DNA of 64,000 nt, taken from assembly GCF_001194135.2 (NCBI RefSeq), contig NC_068990.1:2006184-2070183 (forward strand). Reading direction: 5' to 3'. The position numbers and the translations under genes were made by a program. This document shows, piece by piece, positions 51,425 to 63,778 of this stretch. Below the pieces are notes generated by a model. That model worked only from the letters and a program-made list of their open reading frames with translations. It made no database searches and was not told where the DNA came from. Source of the stretch: Octopus bimaculoides. Its lineage: Eukaryota. The stretch's first letter is position 1, and every line of letters begins with the position of its first letter.

Positions 51425-51478
51425 NNNNNNNNNNNNNNNNNNNNNNNNNNNNNNNNNNNNNNNNNNNNNNNNNNNNNN

Positions 51479-51538
<60 letters not shown>

Positions 51539-52159
51539 CACATAGATATGCATATATATATAACACATAGATATGCATACACACACACGCACACAAACGT
51601 GCACAAGAAATGCACACCCATATAATGTGTAAATAGGAGTGTTTGGATTGTACAAACACGCTTTATTGCATAATTCTACAACTTTTTCATTTTCGCTTTT
51701 CTGGCAGAAAATTACTGAAATATATCAATGTAATAGATACATGAAATTTATTACATCGCATTAGTTCAGTAATATTGGTAAATGAAGTCACAGCGGAAAT
51801 TCATAGATATCCTGATATACAATAAGTTTTCTTTGTTACACTGTGCCTGGTCGCCAATACATGCGGCCGAGCTTTATAAAGTGTACTACAAGTTTCATAC
51901 TCAAATGGAATTTAGATACATATATATATATATATATATACATATATACTTAACTACTCGTGACCCGTTGCGTCGCCTGCAAAGTCTGAGAGTTTTGTTT
52001 CGTGGTTTTCTTTTCCTTTCCAGCCTATTTCACATTCTTTCCATGAATGTGACATCGAAATCACGCGTAAAGGGTTCCTTTCCACAGAAAAGCAAATATA
52101 TAGCTGCTATTTCTTACACGTCCTCCCACCATGTCACAGGTATTTCGGGTTCTTTATCG

Positions 52160-53075
52160 CAAATAGTTATTACGTGGTAGCAGGGCGTGCTAGAGAAAGC
52201 AGCCAAATCTATGGAGCTGAGGCACGTTGAATGCATGGAAAAATGTGAATAATAGAAATCACGTCTGGTAAATTACAGAACAAGAAAATTCTTACTTAAA
52301 ATATTGCAGCTAAGGATAAAATTTCAAATAAAACATTTAGATTTAGAAAATATTAGCCTTTATTAAAAACTAAAAATTTTATTACAAGTTATTATTTCTA
52401 TTTGTTATTACTTGTTACTCCTATTCAAATCTAAAAATAACTCAATTGAAATATGTTTTGCACTATAAAATTTTATTTTTTTTAAGTATTAATTAAGAAG
52501 TAGAAATTTGAAAATAGGTTGTAAAACATAATAGTAGTACTAATTAGTATAATAATTTGAATAATAAAGAAAAAAGTTATATATCAAAGTAAAATCTACC
52601 TTTTACAACAAATTCACTGTCAAATGTGCTTGAGTGATTGCTTAAGTTATTGCCAAGCCTTCACATTTTTAGACTTGACCTAGTGCCTACTTTTACATAA
52701 TGAATTTACCTACCATACATTGTATTCTACTTTGCATAAAACGTTAGCTATATTGGTACTTTTGGCTGTCATTTTTTAAGTATTTTAGTGTGTCGATATT
52801 TTAACATAATGATGACACCTTTTTAATTATAATGTTACTTTATAAATTAAAATCAAATAATTTTGAATATTCAAATTTTATCCTTAGCTGCAATATTTTA
52901 AGTAAAAATCTTCTTTTTCTGTACTTTACCAGACGTGATAACTTGTTCTAAACCTTTCTAAGTGTAATAAATTGTCCTGTACTTTGCCAGATTCATGATA
53001 TTAAAAATATTATTTCTCTTGCGCGCATTTTCCCATGTAATCCATGTTTTTTTCCCGGCTGTGCTATCATGCTAA
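52160..53075. mobile_element. AT-rich non-autonomous DNA element with long imperfect inverted ends
   Basis: ATCACGTCTGGTAAATTACAG...GCAGCTAAGGATAAAATTT (52259-52325) is inverted at 52873-52939. Weaker similarity (CATGG.AAAATG) extends outward; outer boundaries are uncertain. Confidence 0.6.
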
Positions 53076-53121
53076 CTAATAATGCGTTAATTAATAATTT
53101 GAGATTTTATCTTAGTGAAAA

Positions 53122-53489
53122 TTACCTCAATGAAGCCGGTGACATATTAAAAGTCCCTTATAGAACTATATTCATAAAGTATAGAACTATATTATCACCC
53201 TTAAATTTGAGATACAAGCACTCATAACTTTTTACTTTTAAAACTTCTGTCTCGTCTCAGATATTACGGAACTGTGTTTACTTGGTATAATTGCATTAAT
53301 TAATACAGATGACATAGTTAAACTAATTATAAATTAGCGTCGTCGCTGATAATTTTTCCTTACCTCAATGATGCCGGTGACATTTATTAAAAGTCTACTA
53401 ATAGAACTATATTCATAAAAAAGTATAGAACTATATTATCACCCTCAACTTTGAGAAAAACGCTCATAACATTTTTCTTTTAACACTTC
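53122..53489 (+). repeat. Two diverged copies of about 125 bp at a 238-bp period
   Basis: TTACCTCAATGA.GCCGGTGACAT..TAAAAGTC..TAGAACTATATTCATAAA..GTATAGAACTATATTATCACCCT at 53122 and 53360. Confidence 0.85.
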
Positions 53490-54504
53490 ATTGCATGAGA
53501 TTGATACCATGAAATGCCTCGAATTGAGTTCTATCATTTAAACTTAATTAAAATAGTTTGTCGTTAAAACAAAAAAAAAAGTATTTATGCTTAAATCTAA
53601 ATTTTTGCCATATACTTTTTTCATGATATTTTACCTCACAACCTTTTCGATACACATTTTTGTGGCATGAGAACAAAACTATGAAATTCTTCATGCTTTC
53701 TGCTATCGACGAAGCTAAGATAAATATATTTTGCTTTTAAAATAAAAAAGTTATTTAGATCTAAACTTCATTGAAGACGTTACTCTACTATAACGTTGCT
53801 CCATATTTTTTCTACTGGGCCAAATCTCAATTTTCGTATGCCCAAATGTAGCTAGGGACCGGTCCTTTTCCAAAATGTTAACAGTTTTCAATTTGGTTAT
53901 GAACTGAATTAGCAACAAAGCTCTGAAGTTGCTGCGTCTGAGTAAATTGCGGCCCGAATATTATTCAACTCCTACCGTAGTTGAATGATATGTATATCTA
54001 TATCTATCTATCTATATATATATATACATATGCATAAACATTTTTATAATTTACTGGTTTCACTCAAAGGCTGAGGTCATGCTGGAGCATTGCCCTCCAA
54101 TGTATTTGGGTTTCTTATCGGTATTGTTTGCGGTGTAGTAGCATTTCTGATAAAAATTTCTTCCAATGCTCTTTGAAGACCTCCACATTTGTACAAGCAA
54201 TTGTTGTAAGTATATAAAATTGTTATATGTCAAACTTAATCGTTATATGTGTAAATAAATTGTTATATGTACAAGTAAATTGTCTGCATCAATTGTTGAG
54301 AAATTGAAATATGATAAAAAAGAAATTATTTGTATATCTAATTACTTTAAATTTAACAGTTATCGTCACCAGGTGTTTGTTTTTAATATCTTATGTCTGC
54401 TTGTCGGATGAATAAGTGTCATATATTAATTAACTGATATCAGTCTGGCAAGATATAAATTGTAATGCGTGGCAAGTTATTGAAGTACCGGTGTGTAACA
54501 TCTC

Positions 54505-54543
<39 letters not shown>

Positions 54544-54681
54544 TATGTGATTGTTTTGATGTGAAACTTGGAACTGTACCGAGTGTTGCTTTAGCTTTTT
54601 ACTATATTTAATATCACAGAATTTCTATTTAATAATAGCATACAAACCGTAATTATCTCCGACATCTTTTATTTGTTTCAG

Positions 54682-54759
54682 ATTTACGAATTGTATAATG
54701 GTGGAGCAGTAACTGTCAAATATAAAGTTGACACTCATCCTCTGAAGTTACTTAACGCG
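54682..54759 (+). CDS. CFAP65: Internal coding exon (78 nt, phase 0/0) of a CFAP65/CCDC108-like cilia- and flagella-associated protein; translates IYELYNGGAVTVKYKVDTHPLKLLNA
   Basis: Acceptor ttttatttgtttcag| and donor GCG|gtaagt flank an open 26-codon frame. The peptide matches my recollection of human CFAP65 IYELYNGGSVPVTYEVQTDVLSQVQE. Not BLAST-verified. Confidence 0.85.
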
Positions 54760-55512
54760 GTAAGTTGCATCTTTTCTAGCTACACAATCAGAGATGCTTT
54801 GAAATCCTATTTGTGAAGACACGAAAGAAATGTCAACGGATAACTGAATTTTTGACTCCTAGGGCTCAAGAATTTATATATATATATATATATATATAAG
54901 TTTAAAATAGGGGCAGCTGATGAAGGAAATGTTCTCTATGTGGCCTGTCTGTTTTCCGGTGTGTTCCTACCGTTGTCCGAAAAAAGTTTGTTTTCCGTGC
55001 TTTGTTTATGTTTTATTTTTCATTTTGTCCACGTTTTTTTATATCGTCTAGTGGTGGTGGTCATCATCGTCACCATTAGAAATGTCAACATTACCTTTTA
55101 TTCTACCGGACTTTAAGGAACTAAGTATCAGCAATGTACGTGGGTCAACCAGATATGTTAATTTGCTACCATTTCTTGGTCATCTAATGCATTGAGCTAT
55201 CAGAATCGTTAGCGTGTCGGACAAAATGCTTTGCGAAATTTCTTCCTATTGAGTCCGGAGTTTAAGTTCCGCTGGGGTCGACTTTGCCTTTCATTCTTTT
55301 GGTGTCGATAGCAGAAGTACCAGTTGATCTCTGTACTTCTGCCAAAATTTGGAGCCATTTCTTGGTCGTCTGCCAAAATATCACCTGTGTTTTCTAAACT
55401 ACATTTAAGATCTCAAAGAAAGAGTGAAATCTGTGTAACGTAAAGGGCGATAAAAATAAAGCTAGCTAGCTAGTTAGGTAGGTAGGTAGATAGATAAATA
55501 GATGGAAAGAAA

Positions 55513-55585
<73 letters not shown>

Positions 55586-57436
55586 GTAAGAAGAGAAAAT
55601 AGAGAGGTGGAACATTGAGAGGGAGAAAAGAAAGAATAGGAAGTTAGATTTATATTAGTCAAAGACTATGTTTTATTTTGTCGTTTTGCAGACAACCTAA
55701 AATAAGATATTGATTCTTGTTTGTAGTCCTAAAGAAAAGCATTCTTTATTTTGCCTCTTCTCAAAATTAATGGAACATTCTACCATTACCAGATAAATTC
55801 CTTATTTATTTTGAGTGAAATCTGTAAAGTTTACAAACGCTGTTGCTAAGTGGATGGTGGGGGAGGGGGCAGTGACTTATATTCACTGCTTCCAAACATC
55901 TTAATTCACTCATCTCTCCCTCAAAATTTGAAATCTTGTGCTTATAAAACACATTTTATCTAATGGTAAGAAATAGGAAAAACGGAAGCGAACGTTGAGT
56001 TCAGTATTAAAAAACATTTATAACCGTTGTATTGTTATAATTCATTACATTTAGAGTTCAAACTTCAAGAATGCATGCCCGTTTTTAATTCTACGAAGAG
56101 ATATCAATCGACGACGGGTATCTATTCATTTGTTTCTATATTTCATGTACGACTTTAGGATGTTGTGCCACTTTGAATAAGTGTTTTTCACACATGATCA
56201 AATTTATGTGCGCTGTATCCTTCCGTAGCCTCAGAGTTACATTTTGCCTCTTCCTCTCAGAGAGGAAAGAGATTTTGTAAATGGCTCACGATATTCTTCT
56301 AGTGTGCAATGCAGCGCTTCTGAGAAAGGGGAAACAAGAGATAGCAAGGTCTGCTCCAGTGTTTGACTAAACACTTTGCTTCCAGAAAGATGAGAGCAAA
56401 TGTTTTCCTAAGGGACATTTAGATTTACAATACAAAGAGCCAAAACAAATTCTGTTAGGTATTTATCCAACACTCTAAAGACTCTGCTCTTCGGCTGTTT
56501 TGTTATTTCAACATAATGTCGAATTAATAAAGGCATGCAATGGATGTTCGTGACCTAGAAAAATGTGTCACGTGAGCAAATGGAAGAGACTTCATTTCCT
56601 CGCTAGATCTTGTAAAAGTAGCAGCCAAATCTCTCTCAAATCACTAGTTACCATCTTTAAAGTAAGAAATACATGTTGAATAATACAATGTCTGAACAGT
56701 GTGGGTGATCCACTTTCTGGAGAGGACTTTGGGTCATTGTTAATATCTATTTGAGATCAGGTTTCAAACGAACTTACCAACAGCAGATACAACAGCAACA
56801 ACATGTAAAACAGAAATTCCTACTTCATTTCAACAACTTAAACTGTTTACGCTACATACTTAAAGAACGTTGTATTTCGCATCATCAGCTAACTCTGTCT
56901 CAGACGTTCTTATGTTATGGACATGAGGACGTGTTCTACGGTCACGAAACGTAAATGTGAAACTGAAGTAAACTCCAATTAAATTTATGAGTATTACTTC
57001 CTGTAGTGTGTTCACACACTTCACATATGCGTATATACGTATGTATGCATGTATGTATGTATGTGTATATGTTTCTATCAATCAATCTATCTATCTATCC
57101 AGCTATATATATGCGAAATACCTATATTATGGAAAAGTGAGGGTAAACCAAATGAGCTGAAATCAATTTAAACACAGCGAATTCCTAATGGCAGTCAAAT
57201 AAGAATGTAAGCATATTCTTTCTCTGAGATTGATATCCGTAAAATAGTTCGTCAGAAGATTCCTTTCCTCTTTATTCTGCAGATCAGTCCCGTAGAAAGT
57301 ATATCTTTACGTTCTTTTATAAAACTTTGAGTAATTTTATAAATCATCCTTTCGAAGTAAAATTATAGATATTTGGTTCGATATTTCACGAACAAATGAT
57401 GAGAATAGCATGAACTCGTTGAAATCCATTAATGAT

Positions 57437-57495
57437 CTTTGACCCAATGACCTTTGACCCAATAACCTTTGACCCAATGTGCTTTGAAATGATTT
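57437..57495. repeat. 15-bp tandem repeat (CTTTGACCCAATGAC) x3 plus a partial unit
   Basis: Units start at 57437, 57452 and 57467. Confidence 0.9.
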
Positions 57496-57764
57496 AACAA
57501 AAATCACCAGGAGAGCAGTTTTCATGTGCTCTATATAACTGTTTCTAAAATAGCCACAAAACCATAATTGCGTAAGGAGCAGTTAGTTTGTTACAGTACC
57601 TGACGTGTATTGTGTTTTATTGACCAGAGAAGGACGAAATACAAAGCTGACATTAGTGGTGTTTGAAATCAGAAGAGGAAGGACAACAGCGAAATACGGA
57701 AAGAGATTTCGTCCGATGGAGTAGTAATTCTGCCTTATTTACTATATCACTATTTGATGTAGAA

Positions 57765-58180
57765 AGAGGCGAGCTGGCATGAATGTTTGCACGCCGGGCC
57801 CAATGCCTAGGGTACTTCGTCCGTCTATATGTTCTGACTTCAAATTCCTCCGAGTTCAACTTTGGTTTTGTTCTTTCGTGGTCGATCAGATAAGTACCAC
57901 TTGAATACTACGGTCGATGTAATTGACTAACCCATCCACCGAAATTACTTATCTTGTGTCAAGATTTGAAATCGATATTTGGTGCATGAAAGGGTGATGA
58001 GCTGGCATAATTGTTATCATGCCGGGTAAAATGCTTAGCGGTATTTCGTTGGACTTTACGTTCAAAGTTCAAATTCCGTCCATGTCATCTTTGCCTTTCA
58101 TCATTTCAGGGTCGAAAAAATGAGCACCAGTCGGTCACTGGCGGTCGTTGTAACCGAGTGACTCTCCCGCCCCGTGAAAT
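57765..58180 (+). mobile_element. Two tandem family-A SINE copies
   Basis: GAGGCGAGCTGGCATG (about 57766) and GGTGATGAGCTGGCAT (about 57992) heads with the shared core. Confidence 0.8.
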
Positions 58181-58508
58181 TACTAACCTTGCGCTAAACA
58201 TTGACAATGTTTGATATATATGCGAAGCATTTACACGCAAACACACTCACAATTCGATCGACCCCCGTAACTTGACTAGTGTCTTAATTTATCGACACTG
58301 GAAAGATGACTGCAAAGTTGTTCTCAGGAAATCGAATGAGACTAATTACCACATAACATTTTCCGTAGCAGATATTAATTATAGAGAAATAGTTCTTTCA
58401 ATTATACTTTTTCTGTCTTTAATTTATCATAATTTTTTTTACATACACTGTATGCAAATTACTTTCGATAAATAATATGCCTAGCAGAAATTACGTACGT
58501 TTTCGATA

Positions 58509-58562
<54 letters not shown>

Positions 58563-58746
58563 GTATGCATGTATGGATATATGCATATATATATATATAT
58601 ANNNNNNNNNNNNNNNNNNNNNNNNNNNNNNNNNNNNNNNNNNNNNNNNNNNNNNNNNNNNNNNNNNNNNNNNNNNNNNNNNNNNNNNNNNNNNNNNNNN
58701 NNNNNNNNNNNNNNNNNNNNNNNNNNNNNNNNNNNNNNNNNNNNNN

Positions 58747-58780
<34 letters not shown>

Positions 58781-59001
58781 CTTATATAGTTAGATATGCT
58801 TACATATTTCCGGTTTACATCTATGATTGAAGACATATCGGAGTTAGAATTATGTTTTTGTTAAATAAAACTCGCATAGAATCTTGCCTTTCCCATGGAC
58901 AACACACACACACGCACACGCACACACACACACACACAAACACACGCACACACACTCACACACAGAAACACACACACACACAGAAACACAAACACATACA
59001 G

Positions 59002-59032
<31 letters not shown>

Positions 59033-59582
59033 TTCATACACCGATACATCATTCACTTGCAGAACACACGCAGCCATAGCGGCAAAAGACACAAATGCGT
59101 TTATCCAGTGCCTTTGAAAAAAGAAAAAAAAAAGAATATGAGCACGTCGATAAATCATGGAGGATTCCTTATCAAATTGTATTACAATTATACTGATGTC
59201 AGTATTTCGTAAATCTACCTTTTGTAACAGTAAATCATGTACAATATAGGATATTACTCTCGACAATGTATGCAGCACCATAGATTCGATTTCATGTCAG
59301 AATATTCCATATATTTCCCGTAGATACTAATTTGAAGATATTTTACGCGTATCATCTTTTCTATTCGTTATATTTTGTCGTGCAGTTCATTTGCTGTTAT
59401 CGGTATCATATTACCATGCAGTGATACAACCCAGAGTAGCCACGATCTGCTTTCTAGAGCAAGTGATGTTATCCTTTCTAGCATATTCAGAATCTGAGAG
59501 AAAGCGGTTGAGCTCATGGTCCAGAAATGTCAAGGATGCTATCTATTCCTCCATATATATATACATTGTATAAAGGATCAGG

Positions 59583-59694
59583 GGTAAGGCCAGAACAATG
59601 CGAGGTAAATGCAAGGCAAATCACAAGAAAACAAATATATTAATGTTTTCTTGCTATTTGCCTTGCATTTACTTCGCATTGTTCTGGCCTTACC
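59583..59694. repeat. 112-nt near-perfect hairpin (51-bp arms, 10-nt loop) in the CFAP65-like intron
   Basis: GGTAAGGCCAGAACAATGCGAGGTAAATGCAAGGCAAATCACAAGAAAACA-AATATATTAA-TGTTTTCTTGCTATTTGCCTTGCATTTACTTCGCATTGTTCTGGCCTTACC; 3 differences between the arms. Confidence 0.95.
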
Positions 59695-60269
59695 TACGAC
59701 CCTTTATACAATATATTCTACACAATGCTTCATAGTAATTATTCCACATGTGTGTGTGTGTGTGTGTGTGTGTATTTTCAACCACTCTATTTACTATTCT
59801 CCCTACCACATCTTCAGTACATAACGAAGTCAACAACGACAAGATCAAGTAGCGACACCACTATACATCAATCCTGTTATTTAGTTTCAAGGTTAGCCCC
59901 GACAAAACAAATCGGAATTCCAGGCATGACATCCCATCTTATATTCAAAGACTGCATCCAACAATGCATTTTTTAATGCATCCTTCTCTTTTAAGGTGTT
60001 AAAGTGTTTCCCGTGCAACTTGGCTGCTGTTTTAGCATTTCAAGTGGCCACGTAGATAAACTGAGCATATTGTTGTTCTTTTATTGTATTGTTGTTATTA
60101 GTGTTGTTGTTTATCACTTGACCGGACAATCAAAGGCATTTGAGCTATGACCTTTTTTTTTGTATATCATGAACTATATTGTCTGAAATATTTAAGATTA
60201 TACCATGTAATTTGAAGAAGGATTGACTGCTATTTCTAACATGTGGAACTACTATACAGAAGATGTGGA

Positions 60270-60510
60270 GGAGTGTGGCTTAGTGGTCAGGGTGTTGGAC
60301 TCATGATCGTAAGATTGTGGTTTCGATTCCTGGACCGGGCGACGCGTTGTGTTCTTGAGCAAAACACTTCATTTCACATCACTCCAGTCCACTCAGTTGG
60401 CAAAGATGAGGAATCCTGCGATGGACCTGTGTCCCGTCTAGGTGGGGAATTTATACGTCATGGAAATTGGGAAACTGGCTCTTATGAGTCGGCAAAACTC
60501 GATTAGGTTG
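60270..60510 (+). mobile_element. Family-C tRNA-derived SINE
   Basis: GTGGCTTAGTGGTCAGGGTGTTGGACTCATGATCGTAAGATTGTGGTTTCGATTCCTGG (A-box and B-box-like). Confidence 0.85.
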
Positions 60511-62829
60511 CCTTCACCTTCACCAAACAGAAAGATTATCTCGTGATAGACGTGCTTGGGCATTGTTCAAATAGTTCTGTGATCAAATCTATTATAATCA
60601 TGATAATCCTGTTCATTCACGGGTATATGTAGGACTGAGTAATTTAGCATCCTTCCCTTTCTGTAAGATACCACTGAGATGTGGTCTTAGTGAACTTTGG
60701 CTGAGTTGAATTATTTATCAGTTCCCTCATGCATTCACTAACTTTGATGCTTATATTCGTGAGCTGTATCTTCGTACTGCACTTATTTTCTTCTGAAAGT
60801 GGAGGATTTACCTTTAAGATTCCAGAGATTTTGTTACCAACAGTAACGTAAACTAGCCTCCTTTCGGGCTAATGCATTTCTTGCTTTCATATTAAGAGCG
60901 ATAATTAAGGATGTATCAGTTGTTTAAGAGACATTGTACAGTACCTAGAGGGATATAAAGACTTCCAAGTTTTGACATGTTACACAGATTTACGGATGAG
61001 TTAGTTTTACAAATTAACGTTATGGAGTTTATCCAACTAATGCTATTTGTGCGCTGATATTTCAGAGTTATTCAGCTGCATCTGCCATCTTGCTCTTGTT
61101 GATAAGATGTTTATTAATCCGCATATTCCCAGAGCTGTCCTTAGGCAATCTTTTATTAGTTTTACCGAATGCATGATCGAACACACTAGATCTCATAATA
61201 TCTGACTAACTCTCATGGAGTCCTCACCTTACATGTGATATTGCCAAAACTATAAGGGTCAGAGAATGCTCCAAACTTAGCTGTGGGCCAACAACAAAGC
61301 ATTGGAATATTGCTCACATATCTAGTATGTATCTTGTATGATACGTGTAATGCTAACACACATGTTTTAGATTATTTTCCCACTCCAAAGAAAACCATCG
61401 CACTTAGTGTACAAGATTAATTTATCAACACACTAACTTTATGTTTTACAGATATATCTCTTCTCTCAACTCTTCTACCAATTATTTAGCCTCTGCTTTA
61501 TTGAACAAAGGTGTATACCACCTCGACCAAAACTTGCTGCACCTCTTTCTCGGTTTGTTGTCGTTTCTGCTGCCTACCAACTACAGATACTGCTCAAATA
61601 ATCTAACAAATCTATCCTATATTTTGGACTGTAAATTACTTCACTACCAATGTTTTCCTGTAGATGTCAACGTACAATATCTTAAACCGAACAGTAAACA
61701 CATGGCTCATACGTGTTTAAGGAGAGATGGACTACAGTGTCATTAGAGAGTGTTAAAAATATTTAGAACTATTTGTTCCAGCTCTGTTTGCTTAAATTTC
61801 AAATCTTACCGAAGTAAACTACACATTTGAACCTTTCGGTGGATCAATAGATTAAGGTTCTGATCAAGGATGGCAAAATGGTAGAATTATTAGTGTTGAA
61901 TAAAATACCTCCCATATTTATTCCAGCACTTTAGTTGAACGTATCAACGCCAGAATTTCTTTTTTGCTTTTACTTATTGCAGTTATTAGACTGCGGCCAT
62001 GCTGGGGTACCAACTTGAAGCATTTTGAGTCGATAGTTCTTGGGTTTGAATCCTTTTAACACTCATCAGTCATTGGATGCGTAAACAGTGTGGAATCTGT
62101 TACAAACACTGGAGTCAGGTCTTCATTTGTGAAAAATCTCCTTCCTTTTATCCATCAGTTTCAGAGATCCTGAAATAAAGGGCCTCGATGAATGCTGTTC
62201 CATTCCTGACTAAACGGTAAAAAAGTAAAATGAATAAATAAATAAAAAAGTCAGTGATGATTTTACTGCTCTAAACTAATTAATAAAATGATACTTTGGA
62301 ATCAAATTGTTTATGTCGTTATGTCCTTATATGAGAAACAATTGTCTCCGTGTATCAATTTTACACTCAAAATTTTACTACTCAAAAACTTAGCAGGTGA
62401 TAACTAAACTTACTTTTTAACTTACAAAGTCTGAATGTAGTCTTAAAAGCTTTGAGAAATAAGAGATTTTCATGTATCAATAACCTGGATTAAATTGAAA
62501 GCGCTTGTGAGGAGTGCAGAATACAATACAATAAAGCTGCAAATAATAATAGACTTGAACACAAGATTCAGACATTTTCTGAATATATCGGCTCAAATAC
62601 TCTACTAGTCTATAATATATCGAGTAAAGTTTAACGGAAGAGAAAGACGATAAAAAGGCGAGACTTGAAATAAGATCATGGCATGGTATGTTGACCGTCA
62701 CCATACATTTTTATCTAATCTTTCACATTTAGATCAGCGAATAATAAAAAAATACTTTTTATAATTATGAACTCTAATATTTTGGGATTTATACATCATC
62801 CACACACACATACACACATACACACATTT

Positions 62830-63064
62830 AGGCGGCGAGCTGGCAGAAACGTTAGCACACCGGGCGAAATGCTTAGCCGTATTTCGTCTGCCGCTACGTT
62901 CTGAGTTCAAATTCCGCCGAGGTCGACTTTGCCTTTCATCCTTTCGGGGTCGATTAAATAAGTACCAGTTACGCATTGGGGTCGATATAATCGACTTAAT
63001 CCGTGTTTGTCTGTCCTTGTTTGTCCCCTCTGTGTGTAGCCCCTTGCGGGTAGTAAAGAAATAA
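62830..63064 (+). mobile_element. Young-looking family-A SINE with the alternative 3' tail
   Basis: GGCGGCGAGCTGGCAGAAACGTTAGC...GAGTTCAAATTCCGCC...; tail TAATCCGTGTTTGTCTGTCCTTGTTTGTCCCCTC..AGCCCCTTG is shared with 5670-5735 (minus). Confidence 0.92.
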
Positions 63065-63304
63065 CACATACACACACACACATACACACATACAAATTAC
63101 ATACACACATAAGAACAACCTCACGATTTCTTTCTTACTCATTCCGCTTAATAACAAGAACCCAAGAATTTAGATTATTCTCTTCTCCACCATTTGAGGA
63201 TCTCGAATGAATTTATGAACTCTTGCATTAAACTATAAATACTGAGTCTATTCTTAATAACCGTTTCGTCATATTCAATATTTTCCATTTTTCTTTCCTT
63301 ATAG

Positions 63305-63418
63305 CTAAACTATAATTATCCAATATTTGTCTGCAATAATCCCACGGGTGAGATCGAACCAGGTGGAACAGCAATTGTGGAATGGATTTTCTCTCCACTG
63401 GAAAGTAAAACATATTCA
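63305..63418 (+). CDS. CFAP65: Next internal coding exon (114 nt, phase 0/0) of the CFAP65-like gene; translates [38 protein letters not shown]
   Basis: Long polypyrimidine acceptor ttttccatttttctttccttatag| and donor TCA|gtaagt flank an open 38-codon frame. It directly continues the previous exon against recalled human [38 protein letters not shown] (ASH/MSP-like Ig-fold segment). Confidence 0.9.
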
Positions 63419-63778
63419 GTAAGTGAACTTAAATATTTAAAATCAAAATGCCATTATTTGTCAACCGATAAAATGATTAAGTTGTTGTCCAAGGTTCAGA
63501 TAAAATAAAGAAAAAGCCACAGCCTTTTGAGGCATAAATATGCATTTCATTAAAATATGCATGCACTAAAATGAAATGGAAACGTTCGTAAACTGTCAAA
63601 CCAACAATGGGGGGCTTGACGTTGATGTAGTACATAGGAAAAAAGTCACTCATGGAGATACAGTTCAATTACAGCTATTGAATATTATCTGATATCACAA
63701 TTTCGAGAAGTAGAATTAAATACTCGATCATAAGTCGCATATTTACAATACACTGCATTGTTCAAATCTATGCTTATC

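Noticed and set aside
60560-61750. Possible highly decayed minus-strand LINE
   Set aside because: Only faint, frame-broken resemblance to the R4-like copies; I could not anchor a diagnostic motif.
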